Shown here: positions 8,053-15,790 of the stretch, piece by piece
Position numbering within the stretch: the first letter of the stretch is position 1
How the letters are laid out: the number at the start of each line of letters is the position of its first letter
From: an uncultured Oscillospiraceae bacterium
Lineage (GTDB): Bacteria; Bacillota; Clostridia; Oscillospirales; Oscillospiraceae
Length of the DNA: 32,000 nucleotides
Direction of reading: 5' to 3'
Assembly (NCBI GenBank): GCA_934661135.1
Contig: CAKUJA010000005.1
Span: forward strand, 1-32,000
The notes under the pieces: model-generated
Databases searched by the model: none
Told to the model about the DNA's origin: nothing
Seen by the model: the letters and a program-made list of their open reading frames with translations, nothing else
Translations under genes and position numbers: made by a program

Positions 8053-8457
8053 ATGGCAAACAGGAAAATTAAATTTCCGCTTTGGCTTATGCCGGAAACA
8101 AAGGCGACAGTTGAACGTCTCTACCGGCAGAATGGATGCAGCAGCCAGAGCGAGTTCATGGAAAGGGCAATTCAGTTCTACTGCGGTTATCTGCAAAGCG
8201 AATACGCTGGAGACTTCCTGCCGAAGATCCTCGGCGAAACGCTGGAGGCCATCCTCAGTATGTTCGGTGACCGCATCGGGCGGTTACTGTTCAAGCAGAC
8301 CGTGGAGCACAATGTGATGAACCACATTCTCGCCAGCGATACGGATATTGATGCCGCGACATATCAGAAGATGCGAGGCATGAGCTATCAGGAAGTCGTG
8401 CAGACACATGGACAGATTTCATTCCCGGAGGTCCTGCGGAAGGAGAAGGCACTCTGA
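8053..8457 (+). CDS. ribbon-helix-helix-like small DNA-binding protein (hypothetical)
   Basis: 134 aa. MANRKIKFPLWLMPETKATVERLYRQNGCSSQSEFMERAIQFY resembles an RHH/CopG-like N-terminus. GGAGGG lies 8 nt upstream of ATG 8053. Confidence 0.7.
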   Translation: MANRKIKFPLWLMPETKATVERLYRQNGCSSQSEFMERAIQFYCGYLQSEYAGDFLPKILGETLEAILSMFGDRIGRLLFKQTVEHNVMNHILASDTDIDAATYQKMRGMSYQEVVQTHGQISFPEVLRKEKAL

Positions 8458-8468
8458 GCGAACACGGT

Positions 8469-8499
8469 TCAAAATCTGCACCGCCATAGACAAAGAAAA
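8469..8499 (+). repeat. 31-bp motif copy C (candidate att/arm-type site)
   Basis: tcaaaatctgcaccgccatagacaaagaaaa. It is 24/31 identical, ungapped, to copy A. It lies ~100 bp upstream of the first recombinase gene and is followed by an 8-bp stem hairpin at 8530-8558. Confidence 0.45.
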
Positions 8500-8602
8500 C
8501 CGAAATGATAACTTTCTGATAACTCTCCGCGCGGGAGGTTGCTATTGTATCTCCCGCGTGATAGTTGTTAGAGAAAAGACATAAAAGAAAGGAGTTCTGC
8601 AT

Positions 8603-9802
8603 ATGGGAAAACGGCGACCGTCCGGAGACGGGATGGTCAGGAAGCGCGACGATGGGCGCTGGGAAGGGCGCATCGTCGTGGGGCACAAGGCAAACGGCGA
8701 CCCGATCTTCCGGCACGTCTACGCGAAGACGCAGAAAGCGCTGACGGAAAAGCTGCACCAGAGCATTGAATGCTATCAGGACGTGGAGCTGACCGAGGAC
8801 AGCCGCATGACGCTGGGCGAGTGGCTGGACCGCTGGCTTGCGGAATACAAGGACGGCACGATCCGGTCGGGCACGCTGGAAGGCTACCGCAATTATATCG
8901 AAAACTACATCAAGCCGCAGCTCGGCGGCAAGCAGGTTTCGCTCATCACGACGCAGGACGTGCAGCGGATGTACCGGCGGCTGAAATCCGGCGGGCGTGT
9001 GCGCGAGGACGCCGAGGGCAGTAAGCGCCTCTCCGACTCGACCGTGCGGCACATCCACACGATGCTGCACGGCGCGATGAAGGCTGCGGTGCAGGCGCAC
9101 ATCATTCCGAAAAATCCGACCGAGAACGCGACTGCGCCGAAATCCAACTACAAGCCGATGCAGGTACTGAACGAACAGGAGCTGGACACGTTCCTGCAAG
9201 CGGTTCAGAAGGACGATATCTGGCGGGATTTCTTCTACACGGAGCTTATGACCGGCCTGCGGCGCGGCGAGATCTGCGCGCTCATGTGGCGCAACTTCGA
9301 CGCGAAGGCCGGGACGCTCGGAATCTCCCGGACGCTGCACAGCAAGGGGCAGGGCATCTACGCCCTCGGCGACACGAAAACGAGCCAGGGCAACCGCACG
9401 ATCATCCTGCCGGAAAGCGTCGCGGCGCTGCTGCGGGCGCGGAAGAAAGCCTCCATCAGCCAATGGATTTTTCCACAGCCGACCAGCCCGGAACTGCCGA
9501 TGAATCCGGGGACAGCATACCGGCGGCTCAAAACGCTGCTGGAGGAAGCGGGCCTGCCGAGCATTCGCTTCCATGATCTTCGTCATACATTCGCGACACA
9601 CGCCCTCACCAGCGGCGTGGACGCGAAAACGCTGGCGGGGATTCTGGGTCACACGAACGCCAGCTTCACGCTCGACACCTACACGCACGTCACGCCGGAT
9701 ATGCGCGAAGCCGCGGGCGGCATCGTCGGCGGCTTCATGGAGGATTTATTCGGAAAGGAGTTAAAGCCTTGGCAAAGAAGCGAAAAGCAGGCGACGGACT
9801 GA
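8603..9802 (+). CDS. tyrosine-type site-specific recombinase/integrase (Int1)
   Basis: 399 aa. N-terminal arm-type domain GDGMVRKRDDGRWEGRIVVG. Catalytic signatures TGLRRGE, FHDLRHTFATH, LGHTNASFTLDTYTHV. AGGAG lies 8 nt upstream. Confidence 0.95.
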   Translation: MGKRRPSGDGMVRKRDDGRWEGRIVVGHKANGDPIFRHVYAKTQKALTEKLHQSIECYQDVELTEDSRMTLGEWLDRWLAEYKDGTIRSGTLEGYRNYIENYIKPQLGGKQVSLITTQDVQRMYRRLKSGGRVREDAEGSKRLSDSTVRHIHTMLHGAMKAAVQAHIIPKNPTENATAPKSNYKPMQVLNEQELDTFLQAVQKDDIWRDFFYTELMTGLRRGEICALMWRNFDAKAGTLGISRTLHSKGQGIYALGDTKTSQGNRTIILPESVAALLRARKKASISQWIFPQPTSPELPMNPGTAYRRLKTLLEEAGLPSIRFHDLRHTFATHALTSGVDAKTLAGILGHTNASFTLDTYTHVTPDMREAAGGIVGGFMEDLFGKELKPWQRSEKQATD

Positions 9803-11193
9803 TCCGCCAGCGCGCGGACGGACGCTGGGAGGGGCGGTACGTTGTCGGCTACGACGATCACGGCTACCCGAAAACAAAGGCCGTCTTCGGCAAGAGCAAG
9901 CGCGAGTGCGCCGAAAAGCTGGCGGCGCTCAAGGCGCAGCTCGGCGGCATTCCGTCGGACAAGCTGCGGCCGGAGATGCGCTTTGCCGACTGGCTGGATT
10001 ATTGGTACGAAACGCACTGCAAGCCGAATATCCGAGCCTCGACGCAGTCCGGCTACGAAGACCGCATCCGCCTGCACATCAAGCCGGAGCTGGGCGAGAT
10101 TCCGCTGAACAGGCTGACGCAGAACGACCTGCAGCAGTTTTACGCGCGGCTGAAAAAGAGCGGCCGCAAGACGCGCACGGAATATTATGGTAAGGGGCTG
10201 TCCGATCGCATGGTACGGATGTGTCACGCGACCTGCCGCTCGGCGCTCCAAAGGGCTGTGCAGGATGGACTTATCCGCACCAATCCCGCCGAGGGCTGCA
10301 AGCTGCCGCCCAAAAAGGCGCGTGAGATGCAGGTGCTGGCGCGGGATGAATTGCAGCGGTTTCTTATTCAGGCGCAAGCCGAAGGGTATTACGAACTGTT
10401 CCTGCTGGATCTGGCGACAGGCCTGCGGCGCGGCGAGCTGCTGGCGCTGCAATGGAATGACCTCGATTTTGAAACGGGCGTCCTCACGATCAGCAAACAG
10501 GTCAGCTTGGTTCGCGGCAAGATCGTGATGAGCGTGCCGAAGACGAAAAGCTCCATCCGCAAGCTGGTGCTGCCGCCCGCCGTCGTGCAGGTGCTGAAAG
10601 AATACCGCGAAAGCGTCCACTCCCGCTGGATGTTCCCGTCACCGGTGCTGGAGGATCTGCCGCTCAACCCCGGTTCGGTCTACGACCGATTGCAGCTGAT
10701 TCTGGAGCACGCAAACTGCAAACAGGTGCGTTTTCACGACCTCAGACACACGTTCGCAACGTTGGCGCTGCAAAATGGGATGGACGTGAAAACGCTCTCC
10801 GCCATGCTGGGGCATGTGTCGGCAGCCACGACGCTGGACATTTACACGCACGCAACCTCTGATATGCAGCACGCCGCCGCGCGGAAGATCGACTGCGGCA
10901 TCGGAAAGGCAGAACTCCCGGACGAGCCTGCGCCGCAGGCAAATGCGCCCGCCATCGTTGACTTTCAGCCTTACATGGGCAAAGTCCGCAAGCCCGGAAC
11001 GGGCTGCATCAGCCAGATCAACGACCACCTCTTTGAAGGGCGCTACTCCCCGACATGGATCGACGGTAAAAAGCACGCCCAGAATGTGTATGCGCATACG
11101 CGCGAGGAATGCGAGGAGAAGCTGAAGGTGCTGATCGCAGAGATGAAAGCGGAGCTGGCGGAGTTGAAGCGGCAGAAGACTGACAAGCATTGA
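9769..11193 (+). CDS. tyrosine-type site-specific recombinase/integrase (Int2) with a C-terminal repeat of the arm-type domain
   Basis: 474 aa. TTG start 8 nt after AGGAG (9756-9760), overlapping Int1 by 34 nt. Signatures TGLRRGE, FHDLRHTFATL, LGHVSAATTLDIYTHA. The C-terminal 71 aa (10978-11190) resemble its own N-terminus. Confidence 0.92.
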   Translation: MAKKRKAGDGLIRQRADGRWEGRYVVGYDDHGYPKTKAVFGKSKRECAEKLAALKAQLGGIPSDKLRPEMRFADWLDYWYETHCKPNIRASTQSGYEDRIRLHIKPELGEIPLNRLTQNDLQQFYARLKKSGRKTRTEYYGKGLSDRMVRMCHATCRSALQRAVQDGLIRTNPAEGCKLPPKKAREMQVLARDELQRFLIQAQAEGYYELFLLDLATGLRRGELLALQWNDLDFETGVLTISKQVSLVRGKIVMSVPKTKSSIRKLVLPPAVVQVLKEYRESVHSRWMFPSPVLEDLPLNPGSVYDRLQLILEHANCKQVRFHDLRHTFATLALQNGMDVKTLSAMLGHVSAATTLDIYTHATSDMQHAAARKIDCGIGKAELPDEPAPQANAPAIVDFQPYMGKVRKPGTGCISQINDHLFEGRYSPTWIDGKKHAQNVYAHTREECEEKLKVLIAEMKAELAELKRQKTDKH

Positions 11194-11244
11194 TCGAATG
11201 GACAAATCGCAGCCGCCCGGTGCATGGCCTTCGGATGGCTGCGA

Positions 11245-11273
11245 TTGCGCTTTGGCAGATCGTTTGCTATAAT
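11245..11273 (+). promoter_or_regulatory. putative promoter of the lipoprotein-GNAT cargo operon
   Basis: TTGCGC (11245-11250), 17-nt spacer, TATAAT (11268-11273) with TGc immediately upstream (extended -10). Confidence 0.5.
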
Positions 11274-11304
11274 GAAACAAATCAAAGTTTGTGGAGGTGT
11301 TGGG

Positions 11305-11667
11305 ATGAAACAAATTGTATCTTTATTACTGTCCCTATTTTTGATTGTGGCTTTTTCAGGCTGTCATAATAGTGTAGACACGGGAGACATGCCACCAATG
11401 ATAGATATGTACGGTCAAAAATATGTGGCTCCTAATATGCCTGTTAATGAACTACCACAAGGCTATACTTATTTGGGAGAACTGAGCAAGGAGCAAGCAA
11501 ATGGCACAGGTCTTGAAGGATGTAAAATGTATGCTGTAACGGAATTAAACAGTATTCCTGATTTTTATCTATATCAAGAGTGTGGAACACCGATTGATGA
11601 CAATACTGTGGACAGCGAAAAAATACAATGGGCATATGTTCAGTGGCTGAAAGTAAAAGCAGAATAA
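11305..11667 (+). CDS. small lipoprotein (hypothetical)
   Basis: MKQIVSLLLSLFLIVAFSGC is a signal peptide with a lipobox Cys. GGAGG lies 7 nt upstream of ATG 11305. Composition is AT-rich, unlike the flanks. Confidence 0.75.
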   Translation: MKQIVSLLLSLFLIVAFSGCHNSVDTGDMPPMIDMYGQKYVAPNMPVNELPQGYTYLGELSKEQANGTGLEGCKMYAVTELNSIPDFYLYQECGTPIDDNTVDSEKIQWAYVQWLKVKAE

Positions 11668-11697
11668 GACAAATTCCTGTTCGAGAGAGTAAACGAT

Positions 11698-12141
11698 ATG
11701 ATAATGCGAGAAGTGAACGAAAATAAAAAGCAATTTATATCATTATTGTTATTAGCTGATGAACAAGAGAATATGATTGACCGTTATCTTGAAAAAGGAA
11801 CGATGTATGTGCTTGAAGACAATGATGTAAAAGCTGAATGTGTTGTCACGGATGAAGGTAATGGAATACTTGAAATCAAGAATATTGCGGTTGATCCGAA
11901 ATATCATGGAATGGGATATGGGAAAACATTAATTGACTTTATTGCCAGCAAATATGCAGATGAATATTCTGTTTTGCAAGTCGGAACTGGAGATAGTCCA
12001 CTGACAATACCATTTTATGAAAAATGTGGCTTTGTTCGTTCTCACAAGATTCCAAATTTCTTTACAGACAATTATAATACCCCAATCTATGAGGGCGGTA
12101 TAAAGTTAATAGATATGATATATTTGCAAAGGCGTTTATAA
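11698..12141 (+). CDS. GNAT-family N-acetyltransferase
   Basis: 147 aa. Acetyl-CoA binding pattern ILEIKNIAVDPKYHGMGYGKTLIDF and a YEKCGF motif. AT-rich codon usage. Confidence 0.9.
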   Translation: MIMREVNENKKQFISLLLLADEQENMIDRYLEKGTMYVLEDNDVKAECVVTDEGNGILEIKNIAVDPKYHGMGYGKTLIDFIASKYADEYSVLQVGTGDSPLTIPFYEKCGFVRSHKIPNFFTDNYNTPIYEGGIKLIDMIYLQRRL

Positions 12142-12165
12142 CTTCCAGTTTATCGAATCCGCCGT

Positions 12166-12196
12166 GCAAATCCTGCGCCGCAATAATCAAAGAATA
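12166..12196 (+). repeat. 31-bp motif copy B (candidate att/arm-type site)
   Basis: gcaaatcctgcgccgcaataatcaaagaata. It is 27/31 identical, ungapped, to copy A. It lies between the GNAT stop and the tRNA-Pro terminator. Confidence 0.5.
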
Positions 12197-12227
12197 ACTT
12201 TTTGCAAAAATCAAACAATTTTCATGG

Positions 12228-12264
12228 AAAACCCGCTGAAATCATAAGATTTCGGCGGGTTTTC
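12228..12264. terminator. bidirectional intrinsic terminator (GNAT operon and tRNA-Pro)
   Basis: 13-bp stem acccgctgaaatc / gatttcggcgggt (one G-U pair) with a 4-nt loop. It is flanked by AAAA on the left and TTTTC on the right. Confidence 0.75.
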
Positions 12265-12340
12265 TGGTCCGAGTGACTGGTTTCGAACCAGCGGCCTCGT
12301 GGTCCCAAACCACGCGCTCTACCATCTGAGCTACACCCGG
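12265..12340 (-). tRNA. tRNA-Pro (anticodon UGG), CCA encoded
   Basis: Manual cloverleaf: CCGGGTG-TA-GCTC-AGATGGTA-GAGC-G-CGTGG-TTTGGGA-CCACG-AGGCC-GCTGG-TTCGAAA-CCAGT-CACTCGG-A-CCA. 76 nt, all stems pair, C1:G72 and A73. Confidence 0.92.
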
Positions 12341-12471
12341 TTATGAAATTGAAAGGTCTTACTGTCTGTAGTCAGCCATGTGGTCAAAGGCGGATTTTCG
12401 GGCAATTCCGGAAATTGTGGAAAACCCGCAAATCCCCGCGTGTCAAGGGGTTCGGGCGATTCGGCTCTGCT

Positions 12472-12532
12472 TGGTCGGATGAACGCTGCTGCGCTCCCAA
12501 ACCACGCGCTCTACCATCTGAGCTACACCCGG
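12472..12532 (-). pseudogene. tRNA-Pro remnant: positions 1-38 identical to the intact gene, 3' part replaced or deleted
   Basis: CCGGGTGTAGCTCAGATGGTAGAGCGCGTGGTTTGGGA followed by GCGCAGCAGCGTTCATCCGACCA. The 38-bp perfect direct repeat is 12495-12532 = 12303-12340. The anticodon stem and acceptor stem cannot form. Confidence 0.6.
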
Positions 12533-12571
12533 ATCTCTGCTGTCCGGCGTGCGCGCCTGACAACGCAATCT

Positions 12572-12600
12572 ATTATATCGTCTCTGCGCATAAAATGCAA
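12572..12600 (-). promoter_or_regulatory. strong sigma-A-type promoter upstream of the tRNA-Pro remnant and intact tRNA-Pro
   Basis: On the minus strand: TTGCAT (12600-12595), 17-nt spacer, TATAAT (12577-12572). It lies ~40 nt upstream of the remnant 5' end. Confidence 0.55.
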
Positions 12601-12639
12601 GCGTTTTCCGCGCCGCAGCCGAAAAAACAGAAGTTTGGA

Positions 12640-12668
12640 TTGACGGCGCACATAAAAAACGGTATGAT
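12640..12668 (+). promoter_or_regulatory. putative gltX promoter
   Basis: TTGACG (12640-12645), 17-nt spacer, TATGAT (12663-12668). Confidence 0.55.
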
Positions 12669-12697
12669 AAGCAAAACAACACATGGAGGAATCCGAC

Positions 12698-14182
12698 ATG
12701 GATTTTTTTGAAGAAATGGAATCGCGCATTCCGAAAGGGAAGGTGCGCACACGCTTTGCGCCCAGTCCCACGGGATATATGCACGTCGGCAACCTGCGCA
12801 CGGCGCTCTATACCTGGCTAATCGCCCGCCGAAACCACGGCACGTTTATCCTCCGCATTGAGGATACCGACCAGGGCAGACTGGTGGACGGTGCGGTCGA
12901 CGTCATCTATAAGACGCTGGCCGAATGCGGCCTGGATCACGACGAAGGTCCGGACGTCGGCGGCCCGGTCGGACCATATGTCCAGTCGGAGCGCCGCGGC
13001 CTGTTCGGTAAATATGCCGAGCGCCTGGTGGAGCGTGGCGGTGCCTACTACTGCTTCTGCCAGAAGGCCGAAGATGAGCTGGCAGAGGAGGGCAAGGAGA
13101 TTAAGAAACACGTCTGCGCCTGCCGCGATTTGCCGCTTGAGGAAGCGAAAAAGCGCGTTGCAGCGGGGGAACCCTATGTCATCCGGCAGCGCATTCCGCA
13201 TGAGGGCAGCACCACGTTCCACGATGCGTCCTTCGGCGACATCACGGTTGAGAACAAGGAAATGGAAGATCAGGTGCTTCTGAAATCCGACGGCCTGCCC
13301 ACGTACAACTTTGCCAATGTCGTCGACGACCACCTGATGGGCATTACGCACGTCGTCCGCGGCAGTGAATACCTGTCCTCCGCGCCGAAATACAATCTGC
13401 TCTACGAGGCCTTCGGCTGGGACGTGCCGACCTATGTCCATTGCTCGCCGGTCATGCGCGACGCGCAGCATAAGATGTCGAAGCGCAACGGCGACCCGAG
13501 CTACGAGGATCTGATCCGCGACGGATATCTGACCGAAGCCGTGCTGAATTACGTCGCGCTGCTGGGCTGGAGTCCGAAGGGGGAGCTTGCAGAGCGCGAG
13601 TTCTTTACGCTGCAAGAGCTGGCCGAGGTGTTTGACATCTCCGGCATCTCGAAGTCTCCGGCGGTCTTCGACATCAACAAGCTGCGCTGGATGAATGCGG
13701 AGTATATGAAAAAGCTCCCGCCCGAGGTGTTTTATGCCAAGGCGAAGCCGATTTTGAAGGCGGCCATCTCCGCGCCGCAGATCGATCTCAAGGCTGTGGC
13801 GGCGCTGGTGCAGCCGCGCTGCGAGGTGCTCTCCGATTTGCCGGAACGCGTCGACTTCCTGGACAAGCTCCCGGAATACGACCCGGCGCTCTATGTCCAC
13901 AAGAAGTCCAAGACGACGCTTGAAAATTCCCTTACCAGCTTGCAGGCCATTCTGCCGGTGCTTGAGGGACTGGACACATGGACAAACGAAGCGCTCTACG
14001 AAGCGCTTGTTGCGCTGGCGGCAAAGCTGGAAGTTAAGAACGCGATCATTCTCTGGCCGCTGCGCGTCGCGGTGTCCGGTAAAGCGTCAACACCCGGCGG
14101 CGCAACCGAAATCTGTGCGCTGCTCGGCAAGCAGGAATCGATTGACCGTGTTATCCGCGGCATTGAGCTTTTGAATAAATAA
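12698..14182 (+). CDS. gltX: glutamate--tRNA ligase
   Basis: [22 protein letters not shown] (HIGH-type motif), ILRIEDTD and KMSKRNG (KMSKS motif). ATG 12698 sits 8 nt after GGAGG, which makes the ATG at 12683 itself part of the RBS. Confidence 0.95.
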   Translation: MDFFEEMESRIPKGKVRTRFAPSPTGYMHVGNLRTALYTWLIARRNHGTFILRIEDTDQGRLVDGAVDVIYKTLAECGLDHDEGPDVGGPVGPYVQSERRGLFGKYAERLVERGGAYYCFCQKAEDELAEEGKEIKKHVCACRDLPLEEAKKRVAAGEPYVIRQRIPHEGSTTFHDASFGDITVENKEMEDQVLLKSDGLPTYNFANVVDDHLMGITHVVRGSEYLSSAPKYNLLYEAFGWDVPTYVHCSPVMRDAQHKMSKRNGDPSYEDLIRDGYLTEAVLNYVALLGWSPKGELAEREFFTLQELAEVFDISGISKSPAVFDINKLRWMNAEYMKKLPPEVFYAKAKPILKAAISAPQIDLKAVAALVQPRCEVLSDLPERVDFLDKLPEYDPALYVHKKSKTTLENSLTSLQAILPVLEGLDTWTNEALYEALVALAAKLEVKNAIILWPLRVAVSGKASTPGGATEICALLGKQESIDRVIRGIELLNK

Positions 14183-14185
14183 CGA

Positions 14186-14215
14186 ACGGGCGGGCAATAT
14201 GCCCGCCCGTTTTAT
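14186..14215 (+). terminator. intrinsic terminator of gltX
   Basis: acgggcgggca / tgcccgcccgt 11-bp GC-rich stem followed by TTTT. Confidence 0.8.
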
Positions 14216-14240
14216 AATTCTGCTTGCCGAAATGAATGTC

Positions 14241-14281
14241 CTTTTGAAAACTGCCTTTCCTTCTCCAGTAGAAGGAAAGGC
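14241..14281 (-). terminator. intrinsic terminator of spoIVA
   Basis: 12-bp perfect stem gcctttccttct / agaaggaaaggc (14253-14264 / 14270-14281). On the minus strand it is followed by AGTTTTCAAAAG. Confidence 0.65.
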
Positions 14282-14290
14282 ATAAATGCG

Positions 14291-15769
14291 TTAGAGCAAA
14301 ATACAGATCATTCCGCCGGTGTTTTCGTTAATCATCCTGCTGAGCGTCCGCTGGAGCTTGGCGCGAACATCATCCGGCATCCGGGTGAGCTTTGTATTCA
14401 GGCCTTCGCTGACCAGCTCGTAGAGCGATTTTCCGAACAGGTTGCTCTCCCAGAGCTTTTCCGTGTGTTCCTCATACTCCGAAAGCAGATAATTGATAAG
14501 CTGCTCCGATTCCTGCTCACCGCCGACCATCGGACTGATTTCCGTCTCCACGTCGGCGCGCAGCATATGAATTGACGGCGCGCTTGCCTTGAGCCGAACG
14601 GCATAAGCGCCGTTTTTGCGAATGATTTCCGGCTGCTCGAGATGGACGTCGGCCGCCGCTGGCAGAACAATACCATACCCTGTTGCGCGAACCTGCGCCA
14701 GCGCTGAGGCAATTTTGTCGTATTCCCGCTTTGCTTCGGATAGCTCTGTCAGCGCTTGCAGCAGTGCGCGGTCGTCCGGCAGATCAAGGCCGGAGCGCTC
14801 GGAGAGGACGGAGAAAAACAGCGCGTCCGGGCACTTGATGTCCACAACAACCGTCCCGGTGCCAAGGTCAGCGCTGCGCAGCGTGCAGCGCTCCACGCAC
14901 TCCAGCGCGGTCAGCGGTTGCAGCGCCGGCTCTACCTGACTGATCGTGCCGATGCTTGCCGCAGTGCTTCGCAGCGCGTCAAACAACGCAGCCTTCAGCG
15001 GATGGTCGAGCGGAAGCGCCTGAAGCCAGCCGGGGAAGTAGAATTGCAGCTCTCGCGCTGGGAATTCATAGAGCAGCTCCTTGAGCACGTCCGCAATTGC
15101 TGCCGTATCCATGGCCTGACAGTCGACGGCGGTACAGCGGACACCGAAGTCGGCGCGCAGTGTCCGGCAGATCGACTGCGCCGCTTCGCTCTGCGGCGCG
15201 GTCGAGTTGACGAGTACCAGAAACGGCTTGCCTGCCGCGCGCATATCCAAGATCGCGCGCCGCTCGGCTTCTACGTAGTCCTCGCGCGGAATATCCGTGA
15301 TGCTGCCGTCTGTCGTGATGAGCAGGCCGATAGTTGAGTGATCGTCCATGACCTTTTTGGTGCCGCGCTCCGCGGCTTCTGTCATTGGGATTTCCTCTGG
15401 AAACCATGGCGTCGTTACCATGCGCGGCTTGCCGTCCTCCTCGGCACCGCTCGCGCCGGGGAGCATATAGCCAACTGTGTCAATCATCCGGACGGAAAGC
15501 GCCGTCTTGCCATCCGGACGGATTTTTACGGCCTGCTCCGGCACAAACTTCGGCTCTGCCGTCATAATCGTCCTGCCGGAAGCCGCCTGCGGCAGCTCAT
15601 CCTGCGCGCGTTCGCGGCGGTAGGAATCCTCCATGTTCGGCAGCACAAGCTGCTCCATCATACGTTTGATGAACGTGGACTTTCCGGTGCGTACCGGACC
15701 GACAACCCCAATGTAGACGCTGCCGCCGGTGCGCGCTGCAATTTGTTCATAGATAGTATGGTATTCCAT
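14291..15769 (-). CDS. spoIVA: stage IV sporulation protein A (spore coat morphogenetic ATPase)
   Basis: MEYHTIYEQIAARTGGSVYIGVVGPVRTGKSTFIKRMMEQLVLPN..RAQDELPQAASGRTIMTAEPKFVPEQAV closely parallels the Bacillus subtilis SpoIVA N-terminus, including the Walker A motif. GGAGG lies 7 nt upstream. Confidence 0.97.
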   Translation of the reverse strand: MEYHTIYEQIAARTGGSVYIGVVGPVRTGKSTFIKRMMEQLVLPNMEDSYRRERAQDELPQAASGRTIMTAEPKFVPEQAVKIRPDGKTALSVRMIDTVGYMLPGASGAEEDGKPRMVTTPWFPEEIPMTEAAERGTKKVMDDHSTIGLLITTDGSITDIPREDYVEAERRAILDMRAAGKPFLVLVNSTAPQSEAAQSICRTLRADFGVRCTAVDCQAMDTAAIADVLKELLYEFPARELQFYFPGWLQALPLDHPLKAALFDALRSTAASIGTISQVEPALQPLTALECVERCTLRSADLGTGTVVVDIKCPDALFFSVLSERSGLDLPDDRALLQALTELSEAKREYDKIASALAQVRATGYGIVLPAAADVHLEQPEIIRKNGAYAVRLKASAPSIHMLRADVETEISPMVGGEQESEQLINYLLSEYEEHTEKLWESNLFGKSLYELVSEGLNTKLTRMPDDVRAKLQRTLSRMINENTGGMICILL

Positions 15770-15790
15770 AGCTTCGCCTCCTTGACAGCG

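Larger units (their letters stand above)
5552..12196 (+). mobile_element. putative integrative element or two tandem elements bounded by 31-bp direct repeats (boundaries provisional; the XRE/PolC-like genes to the left may belong to the same island)
   Basis: Contains excisionase-like, Rep-like and RHH-like genes, two tyrosine recombinases and AT-rich cargo. Motif copies lie at 5552, 8469 and 12166. The right end is ~70 bp from the tRNA-Pro 3' end. Confidence 0.5.

Noticed and set aside
8291-10620. Long minus-strand ORFs (465 aa and 313 aa) antisense to the two recombinase genes
   Set aside because: They are Arg/Ala/Pro/Gly/Leu-rich shadow frames typical of high-GC DNA, with no RBS. The plus-strand frames carry unmistakable integrase motifs.
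8603-11193. Recombinase-in-trio (RIT) element
   Set aside because: Only two adjacent tyrosine recombinase genes are present, and the next gene is a lipoprotein.
1900-12264. Classical tRNA-3'-end direct repeat marking the far end of the island beside tRNA-Pro
   Set aside because: I looked for a second copy of the tRNA-Pro 3' half (tggtccgagtgactggtttcgaacc or its complement) elsewhere in the window and found none. A tRNA-3'-end att model is therefore unsupported here, and the far end could also lie upstream of base 1.
12472-12532. The 61-nt tRNA-Pro-like copy as a functional second tRNA
   Set aside because: After the anticodon loop the sequence cannot pair with the anticodon stem 5' strand or the acceptor 5' strand, and no T-arm can be drawn. 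It is treated as a remnant.
12343-12801. Several 87-122 aa ORFs on both strands over the tRNA-Pro locus and gltX leader
   Set aside because: They run through tRNA sequence, promoters and the terminator, with no RBS and no motifs.
12818-13900. 360-aa minus-strand ORF inside gltX
   Set aside because: It is an antisense shadow ORF of a clearly identified housekeeping gene, with low-complexity Arg/Ala/Leu composition.
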